Positions 1 through 7,342 of a stretch of 25,434 nt of DNA are shown piece after piece. The notes under the pieces are model-generated. The model saw only the letters and a list, made by a program, of their open reading frames with translations. It ran no database searches and was not told where the DNA came from. Within the stretch, counting starts at the first letter, position 1; each line of letters starts with the position of its first letter. Source of the DNA: a virus (lineage: Duplodnaviria; Caudoviricetes); IMG/VR virus record IMGVR_UViG_3300043772_002964, positions 1 to 25,434 of that record. One strand, 5' to 3'. Made by a program: the position numbers and the translations under genes.

Positions 1-1
1 A

Positions 2-151
2 ATGGCTCAGGGTATAAGAGATAATGATCCTAAATATTTTCTTGAATGGAGACAGGCGACAGATAATGCTTATAAGAAAGAAACCGATAGTAAGAAAAAA
101 AGTGCCATATCAGGATATAAGATATGTGTCCTCGCAAGTTTTGGAAGATAA
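2..151 (+). CDS. 3' end of a hypothetical protein, probably truncated by the window start
   Basis: Frame 2 is open from the edge (MAQGIRDNDPKYFLEWRQ...VLASFGR*) to TAA at 149-151; read by hand, not in the ORF track. Confidence 0.55.
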   Translation: MAQGIRDNDPKYFLEWRQATDNAYKKETDSKKKSAISGYKICVLASFGR

Positions 152-217
152 TATCCCCATTTTTATTTTACAATCCCATTTTTTTCATCTATTAATTTCA
201 CATAAAATTTATATCTT

Positions 218-745
218 ATGAAAAAAATGATTATCGACCAATTCCATTCTGAAATTGGGTTTAAAGTAAAACATCTTATGATCTCCTCGGTGAGAGGAAA
301 CTTTGGGGTTTTTAATGGTGAAATTAGTGAAGACGGGGACCTAACATTCTCTATTGATACTAATTCGATTAATACCAATAGCGTTGACCGTGACAACCAC
401 CTTAAAGGTGGTGACTTCTTCGATGTGGAAAATCACCCACGTATTACTTTCACCGCCAAGAACGTTGATGTTAAATCAAATAATGTAACCGGCGAACTTA
501 CAATTAAAGGTGTTACAAAAGAAGTAACGATGAACTCCGAATATAATGGGGTTAGCGTTGATCCTTGGGGAAATACAAAACACGGTTTGGAAGTTTCAGG
601 AAAAGTAAATCGTTCAGATTTTGGTTTAACTTGGAATACCACTTTGGAAACTGGTGGTGTATTGGTTTCTGATGAGGTTACCATCACTTTGGATTTGCAA
701 CTTTTGGAATCAGTTGAAGATTTGGTTTCCGAATCGGCCAATTAA
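218..745 (+). CDS. yceI: YceI-family lipid/polyisoprenoid-binding protein, no signal peptide
   Basis: Family motifs IDxxHSEIGFKVKHLMISSVRGxF, RDNHLK..DFFDVENHPxITF, GELTIKGVTK, DPWG, NRSDFGLTWN. Confidence 0.93.
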   Translation: MKKMIIDQFHSEIGFKVKHLMISSVRGNFGVFNGEISEDGDLTFSIDTNSINTNSVDRDNHLKGGDFFDVENHPRITFTAKNVDVKSNNVTGELTIKGVTKEVTMNSEYNGVSVDPWGNTKHGLEVSGKVNRSDFGLTWNTTLETGGVLVSDEVTITLDLQLLESVEDLVSESAN

Positions 746-753
746 ATTTAAAC

Positions 754-781
754 AAACCCCTCCCATAAAGAGGGGTTTTTT
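754..781 (+). terminator. Rho-independent terminator after yceI
   Basis: AAACCCCTC (754-762) pairs with GAGGGGTTT (770-778), followed by a T tract. Confidence 0.85.
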
Positions 782-823
782 ATTTGAGAAAGATTTTGTA
801 TCTTTGAATTTTACTAACAAATA

Positions 824-1174
824 ATGATAGATAAAGAAAAATTGATAATAGGTATTGTATTTGGTGTTATGGGTCAGGTCCTAACCTTTTTCCAATTACA
901 AGGTCAAATAAAATATGAATGGTTGAGAAACCATTATTATTTGCTTTTATTGTTGGGGATCCCGATATCAGCTTTATTTATGTATTCGGTTAAGAATATG
1001 GTAATTGCCTATGGTGGGGAAATGTGGCCATCGAGATTAATAGGGTTTTCTTTGGGAACGATTGTGTTTTCTTATTTTAGCGTTACGTTGTTTGGGGAAC
1101 CCCTGACTTTAAAAACAATAATTTGTTTGGCGTTGTCCATATTGATATTAATGGTTCAGTTGTTTATGAAATAA
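824..1174 (+). CDS. Small 4-TM membrane protein, DMT/SMR-like
   Basis: 116 aa with four hydrophobic stretches; LFGEPLTLKTIICLAL resembles the C-terminal motif of DMT/EamA repeats. Confidence 0.6.
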   Translation: MIDKEKLIIGIVFGVMGQVLTFFQLQGQIKYEWLRNHYYLLLLLGIPISALFMYSVKNMVIAYGGEMWPSRLIGFSLGTIVFSYFSVTLFGEPLTLKTIICLALSILILMVQLFMK

Positions 1175-1246
1175 AGTAGTTTTTTTTCTTCTTTTTATAA
1201 AATTTTTTTAACAAAATACCCCCTACCCCCTTTTTTTAAAAAAACA

Positions 1247-1278
1247 TTTGGTTATGTCAAAATATATCATTACCTTTG
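1247..1278 (+). promoter_or_regulatory. Bacteroidota-type housekeeping promoter (-33/-7)
   Basis: TTTG (1247-1250), 20-nt spacer, TACCTTTG (1271-1278), upstream of ATG 1297. Confidence 0.8.
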
Positions 1279-1296
1279 TTGTCATAATTCTGAATC

Positions 1297-1527
1297 ATGA
1301 AATTCTTTAGAAGGAAAATAGAAATACCAAAAGACAACGCTCAGACCGTTGAGGTTGTCCAATCTTTTACCGTGTCTTGGCGGATAAAGACCGGATGGAG
1401 TGGAGATTTTGAAACTTACCATAAGGTCTTCGTTTCGAAAATCGAGGCTAATGAGTTTAAGAAACAACTTGAGGAAAGCGCAAAGTTTATTAAATGTTGG
1501 ATTAACACTAAATTAATTGAAAATTAA
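1297..1527 (+). CDS. Hypothetical protein
   Basis: 76-aa ORF directly after a promoter, abutting the next ORF. Confidence 0.75.
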   Translation: MKFFRRKIEIPKDNAQTVEVVQSFTVSWRIKTGWSGDFETYHKVFVSKIEANEFKKQLEESAKFIKCWINTKLIEN

Positions 1528-1659
1528 ATGGACCCACTACAGAGACTTAAAGAGTTTGAACTGTTTCTAACGTTGGTTCTTTATCCTACCTTGGCAATAT
1601 TTGCCACCCTTTCTTTATATGTGATTGCCGTGAGTTTGGAAAGAATAACAAAAAAGTAA
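1528..1659 (+). CDS. Small single-TM protein (43 aa)
   Basis: Hand translation MDPLQRLKEFELFLTLVLYPTLAIFATLSLYVIAVSLERITKK; TAAATG junction with the upstream gene. Confidence 0.65.
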   Translation: MDPLQRLKEFELFLTLVLYPTLAIFATLSLYVIAVSLERITKK

Positions 1660-1660
1660 T

Positions 1661-1837
1661 ATGGTCGAGATAAAATATGTAATATTTGGGGCGATATTGA
1701 TGTTCTTTATCGTTAGAATATATAAATCGTCAAGCACACGATTTTATGGGGATTATTCTTTTGATATTGAAACCCCTTTTTGGGTTATATTATTAATAAT
1801 CTTTTTATTGATATGGGGAGGTATCTTTTGGTGGTAA
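1661..1837 (+). CDS. Small 2-TM protein (58 aa)
   Basis: Hand translation MVEIKYVIFGAILMFFIVRIY...FWVILLIIFLLIWGGIFWW; tightly packed. Confidence 0.7.
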   Translation: MVEIKYVIFGAILMFFIVRIYKSSSTRFYGDYSFDIETPFWVILLIIFLLIWGGIFWW

Positions 1838-1846
1838 AATAAAAAT

Positions 1847-2022
1847 GAACAATCATCTGATTTATAATTAAACAATATGTTAATCCGTAGGGTTAGTATC
1901 AACACAATCCAAAGTGTTTGGTTTAATGTAAATGTACAAGCCTATAATTATATACTGAAAGGCGTTTGATAGTCTGTTGATTATTAAGAAGTATTACTAT
2001 TGGAGAGTACGGATGATTGTTT
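1847..2022 (+). ncRNA. Candidate structured non-coding RNA
   Basis: AACAATCATCTG (1848-1859) pairs with CGGATGATTGTT (2010-2021), with one G-U pair on the + strand; nested ATCAACA/TGTTGAT and GCCT/AGGC helices; no ORF. Confidence 0.45.
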
Positions 2023-2030
2023 TATATTTG
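2000..2030 (+). promoter_or_regulatory. Bacteroidota-type promoter in front of tRNA-like element 1
   Basis: TTG (2000-2002), 20-nt spacer, TATATTTG (2023-2030); the element starts at 2040. Confidence 0.55.
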
Positions 2031-2039
2031 TAAACATAT

Positions 2040-2166
2040 AGTCAGGTGGCGTATGGGATTACGTTGTCGGGTCACAAATGTCGGTAATCAAGACGGGTGT
2101 ATAGCATGGAACAAGCCCTGAGAGAAAAACATACCAAACATACAGGTTCAAGTCCTGTCCTGACTA
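2040..2166 (+). ncRNA. tRNA-like element 1 (acceptor, D-like and T arms; about 76-nt non-canonical interior)
   Basis: AGTCAGG/CCTGACT acceptor stem plus A discriminator; GCGTA-tgggat-TACGT hairpin; ACAGG-TTCAAGT-CCTGT T arm; no 5-7-5 anticodon arm found; 3' CTA instead of CCA. Confidence 0.75.
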
Positions 2167-2181
2167 CTAACAATTAATAAT

Positions 2182-2379
2182 ATGGTTATAGTAAAAGTAA
2201 AAAATTGCAAACATCAAGGTAGGAATAATCAAAACACAACTTTTTTCTTTTCTGAAAGAAATTTTGGATTTGTTAAAGATGAAATAGTTACTCCTGAATG
2301 GGTTTTGCAAAATCTAAGTATTATTAAAAAAGATATTGAAAAACAAAATAACACAAAAATAGAAATAGAACAAAAATAG
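2182..2379 (+). CDS. Hypothetical protein
   Basis: 65-aa ORF 15 nt after tRNA-like element 1. Confidence 0.65.
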   Translation: MVIVKVKNCKHQGRNNQNTTFFFSERNFGFVKDEIVTPEWVLQNLSIIKKDIEKQNNTKIEIEQK

Positions 2380-2417
2380 TTGAACGAAAACTTGAAGAGA
2401 TAAGTAAAATACAAACT

Positions 2418-2840
2418 ATGGAAATAACAAAAAATAACATATGTCAAAAAATTGAGGATTACCTTAAAGAAAAAAAACTTAATTTTAATATCCTAGAACA
2501 GAATGATCAGGGTCTTAATTATGAAATTTATTTGGGTTCATCCGAAGCTCATATTCAAGTTGAGTACGATTTGACTAACGATGATGATAACTCTGTTTAC
2601 CTTCAGTTATATACAAAGTTAGACGAATATGGTAACTCATTTTATCATCAAGATTGGGATAGTGGTGACATCGATGCCGATTCTGTGGAAGGTGAGATTG
2701 ATAATTTGGTAGACTCGACAATCTCTTTAACAAAAGCGTATTCAAAAATAAATTCTAAAATAGATCAAATTAGAGATCTTTGTATTGAATACAATATAGA
2801 TTTTGACGAAATAATTACCATTCACGTTGATTTAGAATAA
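2418..2840 (+). CDS. Acidic hypothetical protein
   Basis: 140 aa; hand count about 32 D/E versus about 10 K/R. Confidence 0.8.
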   Translation: MEITKNNICQKIEDYLKEKKLNFNILEQNDQGLNYEIYLGSSEAHIQVEYDLTNDDDNSVYLQLYTKLDEYGNSFYHQDWDSGDIDADSVEGEIDNLVDSTISLTKAYSKINSKIDQIRDLCIEYNIDFDEIITIHVDLE

Positions 2841-2846
2841 AAATAC

Positions 2847-2953
2847 AGTCAGGTGGCGGAATGGTAGACGCTAGAAGTGAATAGATAAGTAAGTGTATTG
2901 TCACTTAAACAACTTCGCTACTTATCATACAGGTTCAAGTCCTGTCCTGACTA
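2847..2953 (+). ncRNA. tRNA-like element 2 (Leu-type D arm; anticodon arm absent, enlarged helix before the T arm)
   Basis: Same acceptor and T arm as element 1; D arm GCGGAATGGTAGACGC typical of class II tRNA-Leu; interior helix GATAAGTA (2884-2891)/TACTTATC (2919-2926). Confidence 0.8.
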
Positions 2954-2975
2954 CTAACAATTTAAACTAAACAAA

Positions 2976-3170
2976 ATGATAACAATTATAAAAAATACAC
3001 CTAATCATATTGTTTTTGAAAAAGACAATAAACAAGAACCTTGGTTTAATAATAACTGTTCAAATGAAGAGTTATTAAAACATTCTAATAGACCTAGTGA
3101 TACTATTAAGAATGTAAAATGGGAAGATGGTAAATATACTGCTTCATTACTTAATGTTTATTTTAAATAA
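2976..3170 (+). CDS. Hypothetical protein
   Basis: 64-aa ORF following element 2, with an A-rich leader. Confidence 0.7.
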   Translation: MITIIKNTPNHIVFEKDNKQEPWFNNNCSNEELLKHSNRPSDTIKNVKWEDGKYTASLLNVYFK

Positions 3171-3186
3171 CTAAAAACTAAACAAA

Positions 3187-3450
3187 ATGATACTAACAAT
3201 CTTAATAACGATTTACATACTTTCTTTTTTAAGAATGTACAGATGGACTAAAAATGCATATAGTAAAGATGGTATAATGTATGAGTTTGCGCCTGAATTT
3301 TCAGATTTTTTAGCCACAATATTTCCTGGTGTCAATACATTATTTTCTTTTATTGTAATTAAATATAGTTGGACAGGAAAACTAAACTCAAAAGGTTTTA
3401 AAATCGATCTTTCCAAGTTTCTCTCTAAATTTTTTAATATTAAAAAATGA
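3187..3450 (+). CDS. Small membrane protein
   Basis: 87 aa with two hydrophobic segments; ATGA overlap with the next gene. Confidence 0.75.
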   Translation: MILTILITIYILSFLRMYRWTKNAYSKDGIMYEFAPEFSDFLATIFPGVNTLFSFIVIKYSWTGKLNSKGFKIDLSKFLSKFFNIKK

Positions 3451-4259
3451 AACCACTTCAAATCAACAATAAACATTACCAAGAGTGTGATGTTGTTATG
3501 TTGCAAACCGACAAGGCTGAAAATTCTTTATATGCTTCTTACGATAAGATTTTAAATTATTATAGCGGTCATTTAACTCAAGACTATTTAAAGAATGTTC
3601 TTTTAGCTAAGTCTTATCATCTTTACATTCTATCAAATGATGAAATAAAAAAAGGTGATTGGTTTTTTAGTTCTGAAAACACTATTGAAAAATATATTGG
3701 TTCAATAATGCCTATTTATTTAGATAAAAAAATCATTGCTACTACTGATAGTTCTTTGAAACAAGATTTAGAATATATTAATGGCGGTAAATGCGGAGAA
3801 GTTTGTTTACTACAAATCCCTAAATCATTTATTGAAAAATATATTACCGAACACAACAAAGGTAATGTGATTAGTAACGTGTTGGTTGAAATTGAAGATG
3901 ATTATTCTTCTGTTCCTGAAAATGAAGAAGATATAATATTTCCTTGGAGAGCTTACGTTACTTCTAAAATCAAAGTTAATCAGTCCTATGAAATCTCTAT
4001 TTTAACTAAAAAAAAGACTTTACTATCAAATTTACAATCTGAACTACAAAAATATATTGATAAAAGACACAATCAAGATGAGTGTAGTGGATTTGTTGAT
4101 GGTTTTGAAAGAGCTTGTGAATTAGATAAAGAAAGTTATAGTAGAGAAGAAGTTGTTGCATTACTTGAAAAAATGTTTTATTATGGTGCTGATTGTCAAA
4201 GACAAGGTAATGCACACATAGAATTTTGTGATAGTTGGATTGAACAAAACCTAAAATAA
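3447..4259 (+). CDS. Mosaic family A phage protein (divergent member)
   Basis: Blocks HLYILSNDEIKKGDWFF, KKIIATTD and YSREEV are shared with ORFs 4441 and/or 6094. Confidence 0.85.
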   Translation: MKPLQINNKHYQECDVVMLQTDKAENSLYASYDKILNYYSGHLTQDYLKNVLLAKSYHLYILSNDEIKKGDWFFSSENTIEKYIGSIMPIYLDKKIIATTDSSLKQDLEYINGGKCGEVCLLQIPKSFIEKYITEHNKGNVISNVLVEIEDDYSSVPENEEDIIFPWRAYVTSKIKVNQSYEISILTKKKTLLSNLQSELQKYIDKRHNQDECSGFVDGFERACELDKESYSREEVVALLEKMFYYGADCQRQGNAHIEFCDSWIEQNLK

Positions 4260-4260
4260 A

Positions 4261-4292
4261 TTTGGCGGTTTCATAAATAACCGATATCTTTG
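4261..4292 (+). promoter_or_regulatory. Bacteroidota-type promoter
   Basis: TTTG (4261-4264), 20-nt spacer, TATCTTTG (4285-4292). Confidence 0.8.
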
Positions 4293-4300
4293 ATTTTGTT

Positions 4301-4444
4301 ATGAGAGAATATAATACAACAGATGATTTCACATTTGAAACACCTTTTGGTAAATTAACTTGTAAAGTTCATTTTGATAAAGGTTATTGGTGGACAACAA
4401 CTAAACTGAGTTACAAATGTGATTCTTTAAAACTTATATTATGA
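4301..4444 (+). CDS. Small hypothetical protein (47 aa)
   Basis: Hand translation MREYNTTDDFTFETPFGKLTCKVHFDKGYWW...; follows a promoter; ATGA overlap with 4441. Confidence 0.6.
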   Translation: MREYNTTDDFTFETPFGKLTCKVHFDKGYWWTTTKLSYKCDSLKLIL

Positions 4445-5088
4445 AAAACTTACATTTATTACCAACAGATAAACCAAGTAGAATATGGGTAAATAATCTT
4501 AGAAGAAGACTTGAGTTAGAAAATGAAAATTTGATAGGTAGTAATACTGCTAAACACATCTACATTACTTCTGATAAAAAAATTAAAAGAGGGGATTATT
4601 TTCTTTCTTTAAATGAGGACGAATCTTATTTAGAAGTAACCTTGAATGATAAAGTAGATGATTTTAATGAATATGCTGATGAAGATTGGGTAGAAAATTG
4701 TAAAAAAATAATCCTAACAACAGACAAAGAACTTATTGCTGATGGTGTACAAGCGATTGATGATGAGTTTTTAGAATGGTTTGTTAATAATTCAAGTTGT
4801 GAGGAGGTTAAGATTGAAGATTATGGGAATTTATATAATTTTAGATATTTAATCCTCATTCCACAAGAAGAACCTAAACAAGAAACACTTGAAGAAGCTG
4901 CAAAACAGTATTCAGAATTAATCCCATATGTTAGTGATATTGTAACTGATAATTCAAGATTAGATTTTATAGCAGGTGCTAAATGGCAAGCCGATGAAAT
5001 CTTCAAATGGTTAGAAAGTAAAGACTACCTAACAGACTCCAAAGATACGATACGAGAAGAATATGACAAAAAACAAAAGTCAAGGTAA
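4441..5088 (+). CDS. Mosaic family A phage protein
   Basis: MKNLHLLPTDKPSR, HIYITSD, CKKIILTTD, DEFLEWFVNN, EPKQETLEEAA, FIAGAKWQ. Confidence 0.9.
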   Translation: MKNLHLLPTDKPSRIWVNNLRRRLELENENLIGSNTAKHIYITSDKKIKRGDYFLSLNEDESYLEVTLNDKVDDFNEYADEDWVENCKKIILTTDKELIADGVQAIDDEFLEWFVNNSSCEEVKIEDYGNLYNFRYLILIPQEEPKQETLEEAAKQYSELIPYVSDIVTDNSRLDFIAGAKWQADEIFKWLESKDYLTDSKDTIREEYDKKQKSR

Positions 5089-5138
5089 ATGTCCATATTG
5101 TGAATTAATAACTAAATAATTGATTAAACTTTTGAAAA

Positions 5139-5534
5139 GTGGAGAAATCTTTATTTGACGTTAAAAAAGAAAAATTACTTAGGAAATTTTTGATTGGAAG
5201 GAAAGTTTGTTATAACATACCTGGTATTCATGAACGATTTGTTACCGCAACTATAACTAAAATTGATGTTGTTAATCGTGTTATATATTATGAATTTTTT
5301 GAGGATTTACATGGTAATTACATTTACAATAGTAATTTAGGGAAAAACCTATATGAATATAGTTCTAATTTGATTGAAGGAATTATTATTCGTAAATATC
5401 TTGATCTCTTTAAACTTTTAGATATTAGATGTGATCAATCCCCACCAAAAAGTAAGGATTTTTACCCTTTCCTTAGATCAGTTGACGATATATCGACCGA
5501 ACTAATACCGTATGAGGAATACCTTAATTTATGA
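5139..5534 (+). CDS. Hypothetical protein
   Basis: 131-aa ORF with GTG start. Confidence 0.65.
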   Translation: MEKSLFDVKKEKLLRKFLIGRKVCYNIPGIHERFVTATITKIDVVNRVIYYEFFEDLHGNYIYNSNLGKNLYEYSSNLIEGIIIRKYLDLFKLLDIRCDQSPPKSKDFYPFLRSVDDISTELIPYEEYLNL

Positions 5535-5591
5535 TTTTCCATACAAACCATGAATTATGGAACCGTCACACTATTTATTAGTAAAAGTCGC

Positions 5592-5939
5592 ATGAAAAAG
5601 TTTGACATCCTACTATCACAACTTAAAGAGTTTTCATTACCGAAAGGAAAATTTGCCGTGTTCGGCTCAGCTCCTCTTGTTATTGTGGGAATGATTAACG
5701 ATGTAAATGACCTCGACGTAATCATAAGTCCTTCTATATGGGGTGAAGGTGAAACCAAAGAACTTAAAGGAGGTAATATCGAGTTCTTCAATTGGTGGCC
5801 GGATGAAGATGTTGATGATTTAATTGACAATCACACATTTGAATATCAAGATATCCTATTTGTTAACCCGAAAAAAGTTTTGGAGTATAAAAAAAAGATG
5901 TCAAGAAGTAAGGATTCTGATGTGTGGGACAATCTTTAA
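5592..5939 (+). CDS. Minimal nucleotidyltransferase (Pol-beta superfamily)-like protein
   Basis: FAVFGS...NDLDVII fits hG[GS]..DhD; ATG 5592 preferred over 5550 because TATTTAT (5572-5578) lies just upstream. Confidence 0.65.
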   Translation: MKKFDILLSQLKEFSLPKGKFAVFGSAPLVIVGMINDVNDLDVIISPSIWGEGETKELKGGNIEFFNWWPDEDVDDLIDNHTFEYQDILFVNPKKVLEYKKKMSRSKDSDVWDNL

Positions 5940-5973
5940 GACCACTATACTAACTGAATATCAAGTAATTAAC

Positions 5974-6010
5974 AAATGTTTCCCTCATTAATAAGGGAAA
6001 CATTTTTTTT
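5974..6010 (+). terminator. Rho-independent terminator
   Basis: AAATGTTTCCCT (5974-5985)/AGGGAAACATTT (5994-6005) plus T tract. Confidence 0.85.
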
Positions 6011-6020
6011 GTTAAATAAT

Positions 6021-6052
6021 TTTGGTCATGTTAAAAGATATTTTTATCTTTG
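6021..6052 (+). promoter_or_regulatory. Bacteroidota-type promoter
   Basis: TTTG (6021-6024), 20-nt spacer, TATCTTTG (6045-6052). Confidence 0.8.
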
Positions 6053-6093
6053 TTGTGGTGAATTACTCAACACGAACATAATTTTAGAATCCT

Positions 6094-6963
6094 ATGAAAA
6101 ACTTACATTTATTACCAACAGATAAACCAAGCAGATTACATTATTATTCTGTTTTAAATTTTGGGGTATCTAAAGAAAATTTAAATTGGAAACAAGGTAG
6201 ACACATCTACATCACTTCTGATGAAGAAATTAAAGAAGGTGATTGGTTTTTTAATGGTGAACATATATTACAATGTTCAGATGTTACTGACATTATTATA
6301 GATACAGAAGGTCAATGGAGTACTATTGAAGACTGTAAAAAAATCATCCTAACAACAGACCCAGACCTAATCAAAGATGGTGTACAATCGATTAATGATG
6401 AGTTTTTAGAATGGTTTGTTAATAACCCTACTTGTAATAGTGTTGAAGTTAAATGGGTAAAAACACCTGATGGTATATTTTATCATAAAGACAATGTTCC
6501 TTACGGTTATTATAAAATCATCATTCCACAAGAAGATAAGATTAATCTTAGTGAATCCTTAATGGAACTTAAAGAAGATAACATCCTTGAGATGTTTATA
6601 AACGAACAGGGATATCCTGATGGACCGACACAGGAAGTTTGGTCGAATGGTGTTAGGGAGGGAATAGAATGGTATAGGAAAAAAGATCAAAAAATCATTC
6701 CTAACGATGCCACAGATGTTGAGGTATTTGCAATTAAGGAAGATGCGGATGGTAAACCATTTGCTTATATTGGATACAAAATAAGTAATGGTAATTTCCA
6801 TTTCACTACGGTTCCATTTACTGAACCTAAACAAGAAAAAATGTATACTGAGTCAGAGGTTTTGAAATTATTGGTATCTTGTAAAGATAGATTCGGTGGT
6901 TCTGAGTTATATGACTATACATCCGATAAAGAAGTTATTAATTGGTTTAAAAGACTTAAATAA
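6094..6963 (+). CDS. Mosaic family A phage protein
   Basis: First 38 nt identical to ORF 4441; same conserved blocks; different C-terminal modules. Confidence 0.9.
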   Translation: MKNLHLLPTDKPSRLHYYSVLNFGVSKENLNWKQGRHIYITSDEEIKEGDWFFNGEHILQCSDVTDIIIDTEGQWSTIEDCKKIILTTDPDLIKDGVQSINDEFLEWFVNNPTCNSVEVKWVKTPDGIFYHKDNVPYGYYKIIIPQEDKINLSESLMELKEDNILEMFINEQGYPDGPTQEVWSNGVREGIEWYRKKDQKIIPNDATDVEVFAIKEDADGKPFAYIGYKISNGNFHFTTVPFTEPKQEKMYTESEVLKLLVSCKDRFGGSELYDYTSDKEVINWFKRLK

Positions 6964-6966
6964 CAA

Positions 6967-7341
6967 ATGGAAAATGCACACATCCCTTACGAAGAGTCTT
7001 TGATTCTGAAAGATTTAGGTTTTAATGAACCTTGTCTTTGTTGGTATAATGCCAATGCTCCGCTTATTTTAGAATATGGGTATTCTAAAAATACAGAAGA
7101 ATGGTTATTGGGAAAACATTGCACGGCACCACTTTATCAACAAGTATTTGATTTTTTTAGAGAAAAATACAATTTAGAAGGTCAAGTAAAATCTTGGAAA
7201 GAAAAGGGTAATATTGTTTTCCATTATTCAGTACAACCATTAGGTGAGCCTTCGATTTTCAGAAGTATTGATTGTTCTACAACTGATTATTATGAAGCAA
7301 GATTATTGTGTTTACAACAACTTATTAAAACAGTAAAATAA
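6967..7341 (+). CDS. Family B phage protein (divergent member)
   Basis: LKDLGFNEPC and APLYQQVFDFFREKY align with ORFs 8409 and 8786. Confidence 0.85.
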   Translation: MENAHIPYEESLILKDLGFNEPCLCWYNANAPLILEYGYSKNTEEWLLGKHCTAPLYQQVFDFFREKYNLEGQVKSWKEKGNIVFHYSVQPLGEPSIFRSIDCSTTDYYEARLLCLQQLIKTVK

Positions 7342-7342
7342 A

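Larger units (their letters stand above)
2139..2962 (+). repeat. 37-nt perfect direct repeat (2139-2175 and 2926-2962)
   Basis: CATACAGGTTCAAGTCCTGTCCTGACTACTAACAATT occurs twice; the 5' 12-mer AGTCAGGTGGCG is also shared (2040-2051, 2847-2858). Confidence 0.95.

Noticed and set aside
783-806. Third promoter class TTTG-N12-TATnTTT (also near 14462 and upstream of the PPIase)
   Set aside because: Only about three loose, AT-rich instances; the -7 box at 799-806 may be real but the class cannot be supported
2040-2953. Canonical tRNA-Leu genes, intron-containing tRNAs or tmRNA
   Set aside because: No anticodon stem-loop found; interiors are too short for group I/II introns or a tmRNA tag region; no G3-U70 pair
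2139-2962. CRISPR array from the 37-nt repeat
   Set aside because: Only two copies about 790 nt apart with genes between them, a tRNA-derived sequence, and no cas genes
6051-6072. GTTGTG...CAAC hairpin resembling a Bacteroidota CRISPR repeat end
   Set aside because: Single, short, imperfect and overlapping the promoter; no repeat-length match
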